From Deltaproteobacteria bacterium (lineage in GTDB: Bacteria > Bdellovibrionota_B > Oligoflexia > Oligoflexales > RGVZ01): DNA of 37,312 nt. The notes below the pieces were generated by a model. That model had not been told where the DNA came from, made no database searches, and saw only the letters and a program-made list of their open reading frames with translations. The DNA lies in assembly GCA_040381655.1 (NCBI GenBank), contig JBEIGW010000001.1, forward strand, positions 1 to 37,312, given 5' to 3'. The position numbers and the translations under genes are program-made. Shown here one piece after another: positions 1 to 10,400 of the stretch (its first letter is position 1; the number at the start of each line of letters is the position of its first letter).

Positions 1-121
1 CGTATGACCGGGCAAGGGCATGTGGTAGGGGCAGGTGATTTTCAAGCACTGAGTTAATTTCATAGAGCCTGGACATAAGGTTTCGGTGAGGGTGTCCGCC
101 AGGCACATTGTAAGGGTCAGA

Positions 122-163
122 AATCAAAATAAAAAAATGCCCGAGGGCTAGAGAGCTCTCGGG
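122..163 (-). terminator. Rho-independent terminator downstream of icd
   Basis: 10-bp stem (140-149 CCCGAGGGCT pairs with 154-163 AGCTCTCGGG, one G.U pair) with an AGAG loop. On the minus strand it is followed by CATTTTTTTATTTT. It lies about 30 nt after the icd stop. Confidence 0.75.
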
Positions 164-194
164 ACAAGCGGCACAATTAAGTAAGCCAGTTTCT

Positions 195-1421
195 CTAGCG
201 CATATTTTTTTGCATATTTTCAGCGAGTTTTCCGAGGAAGTCTGTCGTGTAAAGGAAGCTTCCAGCCGGGGGGTTGTTGCCGTGAATACATACGGCGAGA
301 TCTTTTGTCATGTGACCCGCTTCAACTGTTTGCACGCAAACCTGCTCGAGCTTTTTTGCGAATTCCGTTACTTCTGGAGTTCCATCGAGTTTGCCGCGGT
401 GAGCAAGGCCCTGGGTCCAGGCAAAAATTGATGCGATTGGGTTCGTTGATGTAGGTTTGCCCTTTTGGTGATCGCGGTAGTGACGAGTTACCGTGCCATG
501 CGCGGCTTCAGTCTCGATCGTTCGACCATTTGGACACATGAGCACAGACGTCATAAGCCCCAGGGAGCCAAAACCCTGAGCGACCGTATCCGATTGCACA
601 TCACCGTCATAATTTTTACACGCCCAGACGATTCCGCCTTCCCATTTTAAAACGGCTGCCACCATGTCATCGATCAGGCGATGCTCATAAGTGATACCAG
701 CTTTTGCAAAAGCATCTTTAAATTCACTGTCGAAAATCTGCTGGAATAGGTCTTTAAATCGACCGTCATATACCTTAAGAATCGTGTTTTTGGTCGACAG
801 GTAGACTGGGAACTTGCGATCTAGTCCATAAGCAAAACAGCTCCGTGCAAAGCCTTCAATGCTTTCATCGGTGTTGTACATTCCCATGGCAATACCTGGC
901 GCTTTGAAATCCATGACATCCCAGGTCTGTGTTGCCCCGCCAGCAGAGGGTTCAAAAACCATCTTAAGCTTTCCAGGGCCAGATATTTTCACATCGGTAG
1001 CTTTATATTGGTCGCCATGTGCGTGGCGACCTACCACGATTGGTTTTTTCCAGTTAGGAACAATTCTTGGAACATTTGAGCAGATGATCGGTTCTCTAAA
1101 TACGGTTCCGCCTAGGATGTTTCTGATGGTGCCATTGGGGCTTTTCCACATTTTCTTAAGATTAAACTCTTTAACGCGCGCCTCATCTGGTGTAATCGTC
1201 GCACATTTTATACCGACATCGTATTTCTTGATGGCTTCAGCAGCTTCAATGGTCACCTTGTCGTCGGTTTTATCGCGATTTTCCATACCAAGATCAAAAT
1301 ACTTGATATCAAGGTCCAAGAAAGGATGGATCAGCTTGTTTTTGATCTCGGCCCATATGATGCGGGTCATTTCGTCTCCATCCATTTCAACAACTGGATT
1401 TTTGACTCGAATTTTTGCCAT
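195..1421 (-). CDS. icd: NADP-dependent isocitrate dehydrogenase, homodimeric eukaryote-like (type II) subfamily
   Basis: 408 aa. N-terminus [23 protein letters not shown], plus [28 protein letters not shown] and DGDVQSD are characteristic of the IDH1/IDH2-like NADP-IDH family. Confidence 0.93.
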   Translation of the reverse strand: MAKIRVKNPVVEMDGDEMTRIIWAEIKNKLIHPFLDLDIKYFDLGMENRDKTDDKVTIEAAEAIKKYDVGIKCATITPDEARVKEFNLKKMWKSPNGTIRNILGGTVFREPIICSNVPRIVPNWKKPIVVGRHAHGDQYKATDVKISGPGKLKMVFEPSAGGATQTWDVMDFKAPGIAMGMYNTDESIEGFARSCFAYGLDRKFPVYLSTKNTILKVYDGRFKDLFQQIFDSEFKDAFAKAGITYEHRLIDDMVAAVLKWEGGIVWACKNYDGDVQSDTVAQGFGSLGLMTSVLMCPNGRTIETEAAHGTVTRHYRDHQKGKPTSTNPIASIFAWTQGLAHRGKLDGTPEVTEFAKKLEQVCVQTVEAGHMTKDLAVCIHGNNPPAGSFLYTTDFLGKLAENMQKNMR

Positions 1422-1470
1422 ATTTAATCTCCAATAAAACTAGGGTGGGTGGAACTATCTCAAAGATATG

Positions 1471-2436
1471 TCAGATTTTAAAGTAGTGAATTGACCGAGG
1501 CATGTGAATAAAGTCGCGAATTGGCATCGATAGATTGATTAAAATTATAACTTCCGTTTTTTTACCAGGATCGACGTTACATACGACGCCGTGGCTACTA
1601 TAAAGCATTTTAAAAAGCCCTAAGCCAGCGCCGCCCTTTTTTGTGTCAATAAGGTTATCAGAATCGTTGCGTCGCAAAGCCTTTCGTAAGTATGAAAACC
1701 ACTTGTCCCGTAAGAATGCCCCGAAAGGATCCTCAATTGAAATGGCAAGAAGACGGCTATCGATACCAAATTTCAGAGTGGCCCATTCGTCGGGTAGTAA
1801 TTCCCGTTTTGACGTGCGTTCCATGTCCTCGTAGTGGGTTCGACCGCCTGCAACGGGCGCGTCATAAATAGCATTCATCAACAGCTCTTCCGATATTCCG
1901 TGGGCCATTCTTGATATGTTTTTTCCAGCGCCACAGGCGTCGACCCATTCTAGAACAGTCTTGTTTAAAACCTCTCTATCGGCTGAGCCCTTTACGATGT
2001 GCTTCTGAATGTTGGATTCGGGACTAAGGTATTTTTCAATTCCAAAGATGTCGCGTCGCAGAATTTTTTGCAGGGTGATAGCGATATCCGCTGATGTCCA
2101 CTCCGTATCGAGATTTGCGATGATATGGTCAATTAGTTGAACATCGTTCAACTCTAAGGCTTTTGAGTATTCGTGCATGGGAAGGTCCGTCACGAGAACT
2201 GTCGTGATGTCGTCTCGACAGCGGGCAGCTTTGAACGTTTGTAAATTTGGATCGTTACAAACGAAGGCCCGCAGTTCCGGAGTTGTCTCTATAGTTTGGA
2301 TGGCTTGTTGGACCGAGGACGTTGAAATAACCTTCCAGCCGTTCGTGGCTACTGTTAGCGCCATGGCTGAGCCCAGGGGTTTGCGTCCTGGCACTTCCAA
2401 AACTAATAAAGCTCGCATCTCGTTAGGCTCTGACAT
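1471..2436 (-). CDS. Signalling protein with an N-terminal receiver-like domain and a C-terminal RsbW/SpoIIAB-like GHKL (HATPase) domain
   Basis: 321 aa. N-terminal alpha/beta pattern RALLVLEV...AFVCNDPN...TVLVTDLP resembles a CheY-like fold. The C-terminus has an N-box-like EELLMNAIYDA, a G1-like SIEDPFG and a G2 box KKGGAGLGLF. The start lies 8 nt after the nuoB-like stop. Confidence 0.5.
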   Translation of the reverse strand: MSEPNEMRALLVLEVPGRKPLGSAMALTVATNGWKVISTSSVQQAIQTIETTPELRAFVCNDPNLQTFKAARCRDDITTVLVTDLPMHEYSKALELNDVQLIDHIIANLDTEWTSADIAITLQKILRRDIFGIEKYLSPESNIQKHIVKGSADREVLNKTVLEWVDACGAGKNISRMAHGISEELLMNAIYDAPVAGGRTHYEDMERTSKRELLPDEWATLKFGIDSRLLAISIEDPFGAFLRDKWFSYLRKALRRNDSDNLIDTKKGGAGLGLFKMLYSSHGVVCNVDPGKKTEVIILINLSMPIRDFIHMPRSIHYFKI

Positions 2437-2444
2437 GATTTGCG

Positions 2445-2966
2445 TCAGACCTCTGCGGGTTTTTTTGCGTCCGCTGAGATCTTATCCTGAAGTGTCATGA
2501 GACCTGCAATAACAGCTTCTGGGGTCGGAGGGCAGCCCGCGATATAAACGTCGACGGGTATGATTCGATCGACACCCTGTACAACATGGTATGCGCGGTA
2601 GAAACCGCCGCTCGATGCGCAGGCACCCATCGCCATAACCCATTTTGGCTCTGACATCTGGTCGTACACTTTCTTGATCACGGGGGCCATTTTTTCGGTG
2701 ATCGTACCAGCAACAATCATCAGATCTGCTTGTCGCGGTGAGAACCGGACAACTTCAGCGCCGAACCTGGCGATATCGTATTTAGGGCCAACAACAGACA
2801 TGTACTCAATTCCGCAGCACGCAGTGCCGAAAGGGTAAGGCCAGAGCGCGTTCTTGCGGGCCCACGCCAGCAACTCCTTGTGCTTCGTGAGGAATATGGG
2901 TAGTTCGTCGTTAGATTGGCTGTGCTTCATATCTTCAAGGTCCTTTGTCCCAGAAAACCAACCCAT
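2445..2966 (-). CDS. nuoB: NADH-quinone oxidoreductase subunit B-like (NuoB/Oxidored_q6) Fe-S protein with no adjacent nuo genes
   Basis: 173 aa. [26 protein letters not shown] and [10 protein letters not shown] match the four Cys ligands of the N2 [4Fe-4S] cluster of NuoB/NQO6. Confidence 0.85.
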   Translation of the reverse strand: MGWFSGTKDLEDMKHSQSNDELPIFLTKHKELLAWARKNALWPYPFGTACCGIEYMSVVGPKYDIARFGAEVVRFSPRQADLMIVAGTITEKMAPVIKKVYDQMSEPKWVMAMGACASSGGFYRAYHVVQGVDRIIPVDVYIAGCPPTPEAVIAGLMTLQDKISADAKKPAEV

Positions 2967-3099
2967 GGTTGGCGTTTAAACAATTCACAACTCCAGGGCC
3001 CAAACTGTTCAAAAATTCAACGTTATTGGCCCTTTATGTCGCCATTCTAGACCAGTGCGCCAAGGAATTCCACTCCCAGTCAAAAAAAGCGAGGGAAAG

Positions 3100-3129
3100 T
3101 TGACTTAAGGTGAACTGAGTCCTTAAAAT
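3100..3129 (+). promoter_or_regulatory. Candidate sigma70-type promoter for the Agl/Glt-like operon
   Basis: TTGACT (3100-3105), 18-nt spacer, TAAAAT (3124-3129). It sits about 50 nt upstream of the AAGGAG RBS and the ATG at 3182. Confidence 0.4.
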
Positions 3130-3181
3130 ATCAGTGAAAGCCAAGCATTAGCAATTTGGGCGCGACTGAAGGAGAGTCAAT

Positions 3182-3847
3182 ATGGAGAAGATTGTACGCT
3201 TGTTTCACGAAGGTGGACCCGCCGTTATGGCGTCGATTGCCATAGTGGGGCTCTATTCGATTATTGTTATTATCGAGCGAGTGGTGCGTTACTGGGTGAC
3301 ATACGACCTTGGAAATAGTGCGGTTTTCATGAGTAACGTGCAGAAGATGGTCATGAATAATTCTATTGAAAACGCAATTAGGCTTTGTAAGAAGCAAAAG
3401 CCCAAGATCCTTCCCGATGTTTTGGTGCAGGGATTAATGCGCGCCAATGATTCTGTTGAGGAAATTGAACTGGCGATGGACTTTGCAACGCTTGAAGCGA
3501 TTCCAAAGGTAACAAAAGGTGTTGGTTTTCTGGGTACTACAGCAAACGTCGCCACTCTTTTAGGTTTGATGGGTACTCTTTTCGGTTTGATGAAGTCGTT
3601 CGCCGCGGCAGCTAATGCGACGGGCGCCCAGAAGCAGACGTTACTTGCAGAGGGTATCGCTGAGGCCTTGATTGCAACGTCTTATGGACTTGGAACGGCC
3701 CTTCTGATTCTCCTTGCCTACGGTATATTGATGACCAAGCAGTCATCTCTTGTAGACGACATTAACTCCAACTCCGCAAGACTTCTGCATATGCTTTATA
3801 ACCGCAAAATGAAAATCCACCGCGGTGGAAGCGATCGCCCAGAGTGA
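3182..3847 (+). CDS. MotA/TolQ/ExbB-family proton channel (AglR-like)
   Basis: 221 aa with three predicted TM segments. C-terminal signature TLLGLMGTLFGLMKSF...LLAEGIAEALIATSYGL is typical of MotA_ExbB. AGGAG RBS 7 nt upstream. Confidence 0.85.
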   Translation: MEKIVRLFHEGGPAVMASIAIVGLYSIIVIIERVVRYWVTYDLGNSAVFMSNVQKMVMNNSIENAIRLCKKQKPKILPDVLVQGLMRANDSVEEIELAMDFATLEAIPKVTKGVGFLGTTANVATLLGLMGTLFGLMKSFAAAANATGAQKQTLLAEGIAEALIATSYGLGTALLILLAYGILMTKQSSLVDDINSNSARLLHMLYNRKMKIHRGGSDRPE

Positions 3848-3932
3848 TCGCTAACGAGTTGTTTGCATGTTGCGTTCTCTAGTTTTGCGCAGTGTTAGTC
3901 GACCGTAAAGAGACGGTCGTGGAGGTCAGGCG

Positions 3933-4490
3933 GTGTCGAGAAAAAAGAAAAGACGGTCGCTACCGTATAAAGATGTAGAGCTTAACATCATGCCGTTTAT
4001 TGACATCTTTTCGATGTTAAACACGTTCTTGTTGTTTTCAGCTGTATTTCTCTCGGTCGGTGTACTCGACGTGCAGGTCCCATTTCTTTCTAATCAGCCT
4101 CCTCCAGATGATCCAAAAGACAGTCGCGTCTTTCAAGTCTTTGTGGATGTCACCAAAGAGCAAGTTGAGATTCAGACGTCATACACTCGCGCTCCGGAAC
4201 AATTGCAAAAGTTTCCGTTTCCTAGCAATTCAGATGGCATCAAGCTGATGCACCAAAAACTTGCCGAGATTAGAAAGCAAAATGCAGGCACCGACAAGGC
4301 AACTGTTACCAGTGATGACGAAGTGACTTGGGAGTCGTTAGCTGCAGTGCTTGATGGCGTGATGTTGCGATTAGAGGGGGATCCTATATTTCCCCCAGCC
4401 AAGGATGCAAAAAACAAAGAGCGGGCTGAGCTGGACGCGAAGATTTATTTATATCCCAAGATTGTCATGGGCAGCGTCATGTTTAAGTGA
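3933..4490 (+). CDS. ExbD/TolR-family protein (AglQ/AglS-like), copy 1
   Basis: 185 aa. GTG start preceded by GGAGG. Basic N-terminus, then a single TM, LNIMPFIDIFSMLNTFLLFSAVF, carrying the conserved membrane Asp. Confidence 0.75.
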   Translation: MSRKKKRRSLPYKDVELNIMPFIDIFSMLNTFLLFSAVFLSVGVLDVQVPFLSNQPPPDDPKDSRVFQVFVDVTKEQVEIQTSYTRAPEQLQKFPFPSNSDGIKLMHQKLAEIRKQNAGTDKATVTSDDEVTWESLAAVLDGVMLRLEGDPIFPPAKDAKNKERAELDAKIYLYPKIVMGSVMFK

Positions 4491-4540
4491 GAGCTTCAAC
4501 CTGAATTTCTTCGGCTAGCCGAATGGTAGGAGATGCGTGA

Positions 4541-5047
4541 ATGGCAAGTGTAGGCGGCGGTAGTAAGGATACTTTAAGTCTTAACCTGAACCCGATGTTG
4601 GATATTTTCTCGATTCTCATCACTTTTTTGCTGATGAGCTTCTCGAGTGATCCCGTGTCTCATGATGTGGATGCAGGTATCGAGCTCCCTCAATCAACAA
4701 CCATCGTAGCTCTTGATGAAATCCCATCGATCATCGTGACAAAGACAGAAGTTCGGGTCAATGATGTGAAGGTCGCCGACATTGTCGCTGGCGATGTCCC
4801 GGAAAAAGATCGAAGCCAGGGCGCTGTTTATCCTGTTTTTACCGAGCTAAAAAAACTTGCTGAAGCCAACAAACGTCTAGCTAAAACAGTAAAGGCGGAT
4901 GACCCCACTGCTAAAGGTAGTACGGGTGCTTTGACCATGGAGATGGATAAGGGTCATCGTTTCAAGCTCATGAAGCGCATTATGATAGCGGCGCAGCAAG
5001 CAGAATTTGTGCAGTTCAAGCTCATGGTGCAGAAGGAACTTAACTAG
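4541..5047 (+). CDS. ExbD/TolR-family protein (AglQ/AglS-like), copy 2
   Basis: 168 aa. LNLNPMLDIFSILITFLLMSF TM segment with the conserved Asp, and an ExbD-like periplasmic domain. AGGAG RBS. Confidence 0.75.
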   Translation: MASVGGGSKDTLSLNLNPMLDIFSILITFLLMSFSSDPVSHDVDAGIELPQSTTIVALDEIPSIIVTKTEVRVNDVKVADIVAGDVPEKDRSQGAVYPVFTELKKLAEANKRLAKTVKADDPTAKGSTGALTMEMDKGHRFKLMKRIMIAAQQAEFVQFKLMVQKELN

Positions 5048-5049
5048 GG

Positions 5050-5823
5050 ATGGTCAGTTGGTTCAGAAAAAATAGTGCAGTTCAGTGTGTGACGGCGACG
5101 ATTGTTGCTGCGCTCTGTGCTTTTTGTACTTTGTCGTCAGCGATCTTTGCCGCGGGCACTCCGGAGCAGTTTGAGAAGTATGAAATTCGGGTTATTAGGC
5201 CGAAGTATTTCGCTAAGACCTCGAGGCTAGAGACGGGCGCTCAGCTCAGCGTGGTCATGAATCAGTCATTTATCTACACCTATCTTGCTACTGGTTTGCT
5301 GGATTACCACTTTTCGGAGCAATGGGCGGGCGAGGGGGCTTTTGCTCTGGGTTTTAGTATCGATAAGGATGACAAACGCTCATTAAAATCTAACTTTAAA
5401 ATTCAGACTCAGATTCTTCGGACGCAGTACTTCATGGAGGGTGGAGCCCTATACACCCCAGTTTATGGAAAATATCAATTAGATTCCGGTGAACTGATTT
5501 ATCTCGATATGTTCTTTTCCGCTGGCGTTGGGATGACCGGAATTAATTATTTGTATGACCATTGTCCGAAGCCTTCAGAGGTTGGCCAGGGGAATTTTGT
5601 TCCAAGTCCGCCGTCACCCACGACCAAAGCCTACCCTACGTTCTACACGGGTCTTGGGCAGAGAATATTTATGGACAAAAAACTCAGTCTTCGATGGGAT
5701 GTTCGCGCACATATTTTTGGATACAACGTGGCCGATGCTGCCTGTGATCCTGAAACAGCAGCAAAGGCGACTAATTCTCAGACAAATATTACGCTTCAGC
5801 TTGGCGCGGGGTACTTCTTATGA
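5050..5823 (+). CDS. Small outer-membrane beta-barrel protein (myxobacterial-type OMP domain, GltA/B/H-like)
   Basis: 257 aa. Signal peptide ...LSSAIFA/AG. YEIRVIRPKYFAKTSRLE...LDYHFSEQW matches my recollection of the myxo-type OM beta-barrel domain. Alternating hydrophobic strands and C-terminal ...LQLGAGYFL. Starts 3 nt after the upstream stop. Confidence 0.6.
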   Translation: MVSWFRKNSAVQCVTATIVAALCAFCTLSSAIFAAGTPEQFEKYEIRVIRPKYFAKTSRLETGAQLSVVMNQSFIYTYLATGLLDYHFSEQWAGEGAFALGFSIDKDDKRSLKSNFKIQTQILRTQYFMEGGALYTPVYGKYQLDSGELIYLDMFFSAGVGMTGINYLYDHCPKPSEVGQGNFVPSPPSPTTKAYPTFYTGLGQRIFMDKKLSLRWDVRAHIFGYNVADAACDPETAAKATNSQTNITLQLGAGYFL

Positions 5824-7394
5824 GACGTCCGGCAGGAACGCGTAGTTTGTTTGGTTCAGCCTTGCAAAGTTTGGGTCTGGTTAGCTTGTGTCTCGTGCTC
5901 ATTCTTCCCCAGCCGGCCATGGCCAGCTACCAGGCAGCGCAACAGCTTATGGCTAGGCGTGATTACGTTGGTGCGGCTTCAGAATACTTTCAGTCGTACT
6001 CCTCGCCGAAGTCTCCTCAGGAAAAAATATATTCGGAGTGGGGGCTTGGAAAGAGTTTGCAGGCGCTTGGCTTTCATTATTCTGCATCAAAGTTTTTTTC
6101 GAATATTGTGCGCAGGGGCCCGACCGGTATGAACCCCTATTTTAGGAGGGCTCTAGAGGAGTTGGGGGCTATCAATGGCACCGTAGCTTTAGGTCAGTCA
6201 CATATTGTGCAATTGGTGCGTGGTGGTGGCGTGGCGCCCGAGAATATTCCAGGAAGGGCTCGTGGTTTTTACTTTTACTACATTGGAGCTGAAGCTTTCA
6301 TCCAGCAGAAGTTTGAAAGAGCTGGAGATTTTTTCAAGAAGGTTCCGTCCGGAAGTGCCTACTATGCAAAAGCTCAATTTCACCTCGGTGTTATTGCGAA
6401 CCGAGCAGGTGCACATAGCCGTGCGATAAGTTATTTTGAGGCTGCCAGATCAGCGCCAGGAGCAGACGCCTGGGTCAGAGAGCAGGCGAATTTGAACATA
6501 GCTCGCGTGCATTATGAGACAAAAAGCTTTACGCAATCCTTGCAATTTTACGCGCAGATTCCCCGGGAATCTGACAACTGGTTGCAAGCAATCTTTGAGG
6601 CGAGCTGGGCGTTTTTCTTGATGGCTAAGCACAATAACGTCTTGGGTAATATTCACACCCTTCACTCTCCATTTTTTGAAAACAGGTTTTTCCCGGAGAG
6701 CTATATTCTCCAGTCGATCACATATTTACGTCTTTGCAGATACGATGAGGTTCAAAATAGTCTTGAAAAATTCCGGGATCGCTACAAGCCAGTATTCAGG
6801 GATCTATCAGCGCTGTTGCGAGAGTACAGTAGCCGTAAAAATGACATGTTTAAACTGGTATACGACTACCGAAACGGAAGTCTTAACAACTACCGTAGCG
6901 CCTGGGCGATACTAGACCAATTAAGTCGATCGGATGCGTACAAAGAGCCCAGCCGAGCCTTTCGCTATGCTGATTCAGAGATCGGACGTTTAAATGGTAT
7001 GGGTGGAAAATGGAGCAGCTCGGGGCTCGCTGAGGATTTAAAGGATTTTTTGAATAAGAAGAAGCAAGTGGCTAGGTCTGACTCCGGCGAGAAGTTGTAT
7101 GATCAGACGGCGGCGGCATTTGAATACCTTCGAACGTTGTCAAACCAGACGAAGCTGATTCAGGCTGATATGTTTGAAGGTCGAGTTGACTCCATTCGTA
7201 GAAGTTTGAATGTGACTCAGGCTAACGATAGGAAGGTTTTTATCGGTGGGTTGCAGCCCCTCCAACTTGATCAGCAGCTAGAATATTGGCCGTTTATGGG
7301 CGAATATTGGGAGGATGAGCTTGGTTACTATGTTTACAATCTGGACGATAAGTGTGGAATGCCAAACAACAAGCCAGGCAATAACAAAAAGTGA
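5820..7394 (+). CDS. Secreted TPR-repeat protein (GltE/AglT-like)
   Basis: 524 aa. Signal peptide ...PQPAMA/SY and TPR-like helical repeats (e.g. YYAKAQFHLGVIANRAGAHSRAISYFEAA). ATGA overlap with the upstream gene (5820-5823). Confidence 0.6.
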   Translation: MRRPAGTRSLFGSALQSLGLVSLCLVLILPQPAMASYQAAQQLMARRDYVGAASEYFQSYSSPKSPQEKIYSEWGLGKSLQALGFHYSASKFFSNIVRRGPTGMNPYFRRALEELGAINGTVALGQSHIVQLVRGGGVAPENIPGRARGFYFYYIGAEAFIQQKFERAGDFFKKVPSGSAYYAKAQFHLGVIANRAGAHSRAISYFEAARSAPGADAWVREQANLNIARVHYETKSFTQSLQFYAQIPRESDNWLQAIFEASWAFFLMAKHNNVLGNIHTLHSPFFENRFFPESYILQSITYLRLCRYDEVQNSLEKFRDRYKPVFRDLSALLREYSSRKNDMFKLVYDYRNGSLNNYRSAWAILDQLSRSDAYKEPSRAFRYADSEIGRLNGMGGKWSSSGLAEDLKDFLNKKKQVARSDSGEKLYDQTAAAFEYLRTLSNQTKLIQADMFEGRVDSIRRSLNVTQANDRKVFIGGLQPLQLDQQLEYWPFMGEYWEDELGYYVYNLDDKCGMPNNKPGNNKK

Positions 7395-7445
7395 CAGCAT
7401 ACTTGGTGTGTATACGCATAGCTTTAAAATGAATGAGGAAACGTA

Positions 7446-10400
7446 ATGTTTGCAAAAGTCCACCTTGGAGCAGCCTTGATTTTGGTTCTGATCATGAGCC
7501 AAGCATTTGCCGAATATGCTCAAGCGGACGCCAGGACGAAAAATCACCGCGAGGTAAACCTCTCGACCGTCGAGTCAAAAAAACGTGAAAAGGGTACCGC
7601 CGAAAAAGCGAGTGGCCCGAGCATGGGTCGCGGCGAGGCGTTCGTGGTGGCGACTGAGGGTAAACTTTCCTCGGAGATCAAGAAAACAATCGAATTTTAC
7701 AAGCGTACCGAGCGTACGTTGCCACCAAAGTCTTCTGCCAGGCTGCAGATGCTTGAGCGCCTAGTTAACCTCTACCTAGAAAGTGCCGTTTACGAGGCGA
7801 ATGCGGAATTTCGTAGATACGATCAGGCCTATGCGAACTGGGTTAGGGCGGGGGGTAAGGGTAAGTCACCCGCCGTTGATAACTCGGCGTCGAAAAACAC
7901 ATGGAAGCAGGTATCTTCAACATCTGCGTATGTCATGAGGCAGTTTCCAAACACGAGAAACTCCGATGTTCTAATGTTTAACCAGGGACTCGCGTTGCAA
8001 TATCTTGGACAAGATAAGCAAAGTGCTCAGGTCTACAGTGACTTGATACAAAAGTACCCTAACAGCGAAAAAGCTGGAGAGGCGTACTTCCAGCTTGGTG
8101 ATTTCTTTTTTGAGAAGAAAGACTTTAAAAACGCCACAAACAACTACAAGCAAGCGTTGCGGTATAAAACCAGCCGTGGCTACGGTTGGTCTCTCTTCAA
8201 GCTTGGATGGTGTTCCTATAACTTGGGCAACTACCCGGAATCTCTTGCTCTTTGGAAGCGAACTGTTGACGTAGCGATTAGCAGCCGCCAGAAGGGCTCT
8301 GATCAGCTGAAAGAGGAAGCTCTTAAGGATATGATATTTGCCTGGGTTGAGATGAAGACGGTCGATCAGGCGATTACGTATTATCGGCAGCACGGCGGCG
8401 AGAAATATATTGGAAAATTTTTGAGCCAATTGGGTGATCAGTTGGTTTATATCGGCAAGTTCAACGATGCCATTCGTATTTATAAGCGATATCAGTCGAT
8501 GTTTCCAAATGCGCCGGATACGCCTGATATGCAAAAAGACGTTATTTCGCTTTATTATGACATCAATAGATTTTCAGAGGTTTGGAAGGAGCTTGATGCA
8601 TTCCCTCGTATGTACGGATCTGGTAGTTCGTGGGCTGCCGCTAACAAAGGCGAACAAGGACTTGTAGAAAATACACAGATAAAAATAAAAGATACAATCA
8701 TCTATTACGCCAAGGTCTTGCACAAGGCTGGGCAAAAAGATGATGACGTAGGCACCTACGCGGAGGCGATTAGGGGATATCAGCTGTTTCTGAAGTATTA
8801 TCCGAACTCAAAGGAAATGCCCGAAGTTAAATTCAACATGGCTGACATCATGTTTGTTCAGCAAAAATATCGGGAGTCCGGCAAACTTTATTTAGAGGTT
8901 GCCGCTCTTGGTAAAGACAAAGCCGTTCAGCTTATTCCGCCTGGAAACAAGGTTGTCAGTCTCCACAAGGACGCTGCTCGATACATGCTGGATAGTTATG
9001 GCTTGATGTTTGAACCCGTATACAAGGTGATGCTGAAGAGGACTCCTGATTTCAGTAAACCGCCACGCCCGTTGCCACAGTCTGCAACCGATTACGTGCA
9101 AGCGTGTAGTGAGTATGGCAAGTGGTATCCTGAAGATAAGAAGGCCGCCAAAGAGTGTGACATCTATGTCACGGCGATTTATTACCGCTACGCGGACAAA
9201 GATAAATCGAAGAAACTTCTCTTTAATATTGCTCAGAAATATCCTAATGAAAAAATTGGCCCAGAGGCTGTCGAATGGCTGATTCCCCTCTACACCGGCG
9301 ATACGAAATCACTGGTTCAAATCGCGGACAATCTTTTGAAACAGCCCGCCTACCAGAAGGGCAAACTCGGCGAGAAGCTTCGAGATCTTCGTCGTGGCGC
9401 TGAGATTGACGAGATTAAAAAGATCGGTGACGTTGCTAAGCGAGCCAAGGCTTTTGAAGATCAAGCCAGAAAAAATCCAAAATCGGCTGATGCAGATAAG
9501 CTGTTTTACAACGCTGCTGTTGATTATATAAAAGCTGGCATGGTCGCCCAGGGTATCGCCGCATACGGGATTGTCGTGAAGAATTATCCCAAATCTGAGG
9601 GCTACCAAGAGGCATTATTACAGCTGGCGAAGCTTTCGGATAAACGTCTTGAATTCCCGACGGCAGCTTCATATTACCTTGCTTATGCCGCAAAATTTCC
9701 AAAGGATAAGCAGGCTGAATCGGGGATCGGCCGCGCTTGCGTACTACAGGTGGCAATGTCTGATGAGCGTGCGGTTCAAACTTGCCTAAATCTTGCAAAG
9801 TTTGATGCCGAGGGTGCGAAAGGACTTTTTGATCGCATGATCCGAGAAGCCGAGTACTCTAAGAATTACGCAAAAATGCAGAAGCTCATCGCGAAGAATT
9901 ATCTCAAGTTTAATTTGTCCGCAGATGAACGCATTATTGCATTCCACAGAATTTATGATGCAGCAAATGGCAAAGGTGCCGCTGGACAGCAGGCAGCTCG
10001 CGAAATTCTTGGTGCTTATAAGAGTGCAGGCGGCAAAGTTGGATCAGAGGCAAGTCGATATGTTGGAGAGATCGTATTTAATAACGTCAACTCAATTATG
10101 CCTAAGTATGCAGCTATTAAGTTAGTGGGTGGTAACGTCGATAAGCTGGCCGCCTCGATCCAAAAGAAAGTCGCTGGTATTCCAGCAGTTGATAAAGCTT
10201 ACGAGCAAGTGACTGCCACAAAAGATGCGTTTTGGGGTGTGGCTGCGTTGTATCAAATGGGGTACGCCCGGGAGCTTCTTGCTAATGAGCTAGATAATCC
10301 GCCGGCTATCGCGGGAGCGAGTGTTGAGGATGTTAAAAAGCAGCTAGCACCGCAGGTTCAGCAAGCAAGGGTGGAAGCCAAGAAGTTTTATCAATTTGCC

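Noticed and set aside
1-63. Edge fragments. One is a possible + strand C-terminal fragment ending at TAA 55-57 (...GQGHVVGAGDFQALS*). The other is a minus-strand ORF starting at ATG 63 (MKLTQCLKITCPYHMPLPGH...).
   Set aside because: Both are only about 20 codons, the two readings are mutually exclusive, and there is no RBS or motif to decide between them. They cannot be supported.
859-1437. Long antisense ORFs opposite confident genes. Examples: 859-1437 (+), 7971-8534 (-), 21353-21958 (+), 25862-26587 (+), 29741-30241 (+) and 22009-22386 (+).
   Set aside because: Each lies entirely inside a gene with clear family motifs on the other strand. None has a recognisable motif or RBS. They are typical shadow ORFs.
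3182-5047. Interpreting the MotA/ExbB + 2x ExbD + TonB-like genes as an ExbBD-TonB iron-uptake system or a Tol-Pal system.
   Set aside because: No TonB-dependent receptor, TolA, TolB, Pal or CpoB is present. The genes are instead translationally coupled to three large TPR proteins and a small myxo-type OM barrel, which is the Agl/Glt pattern.
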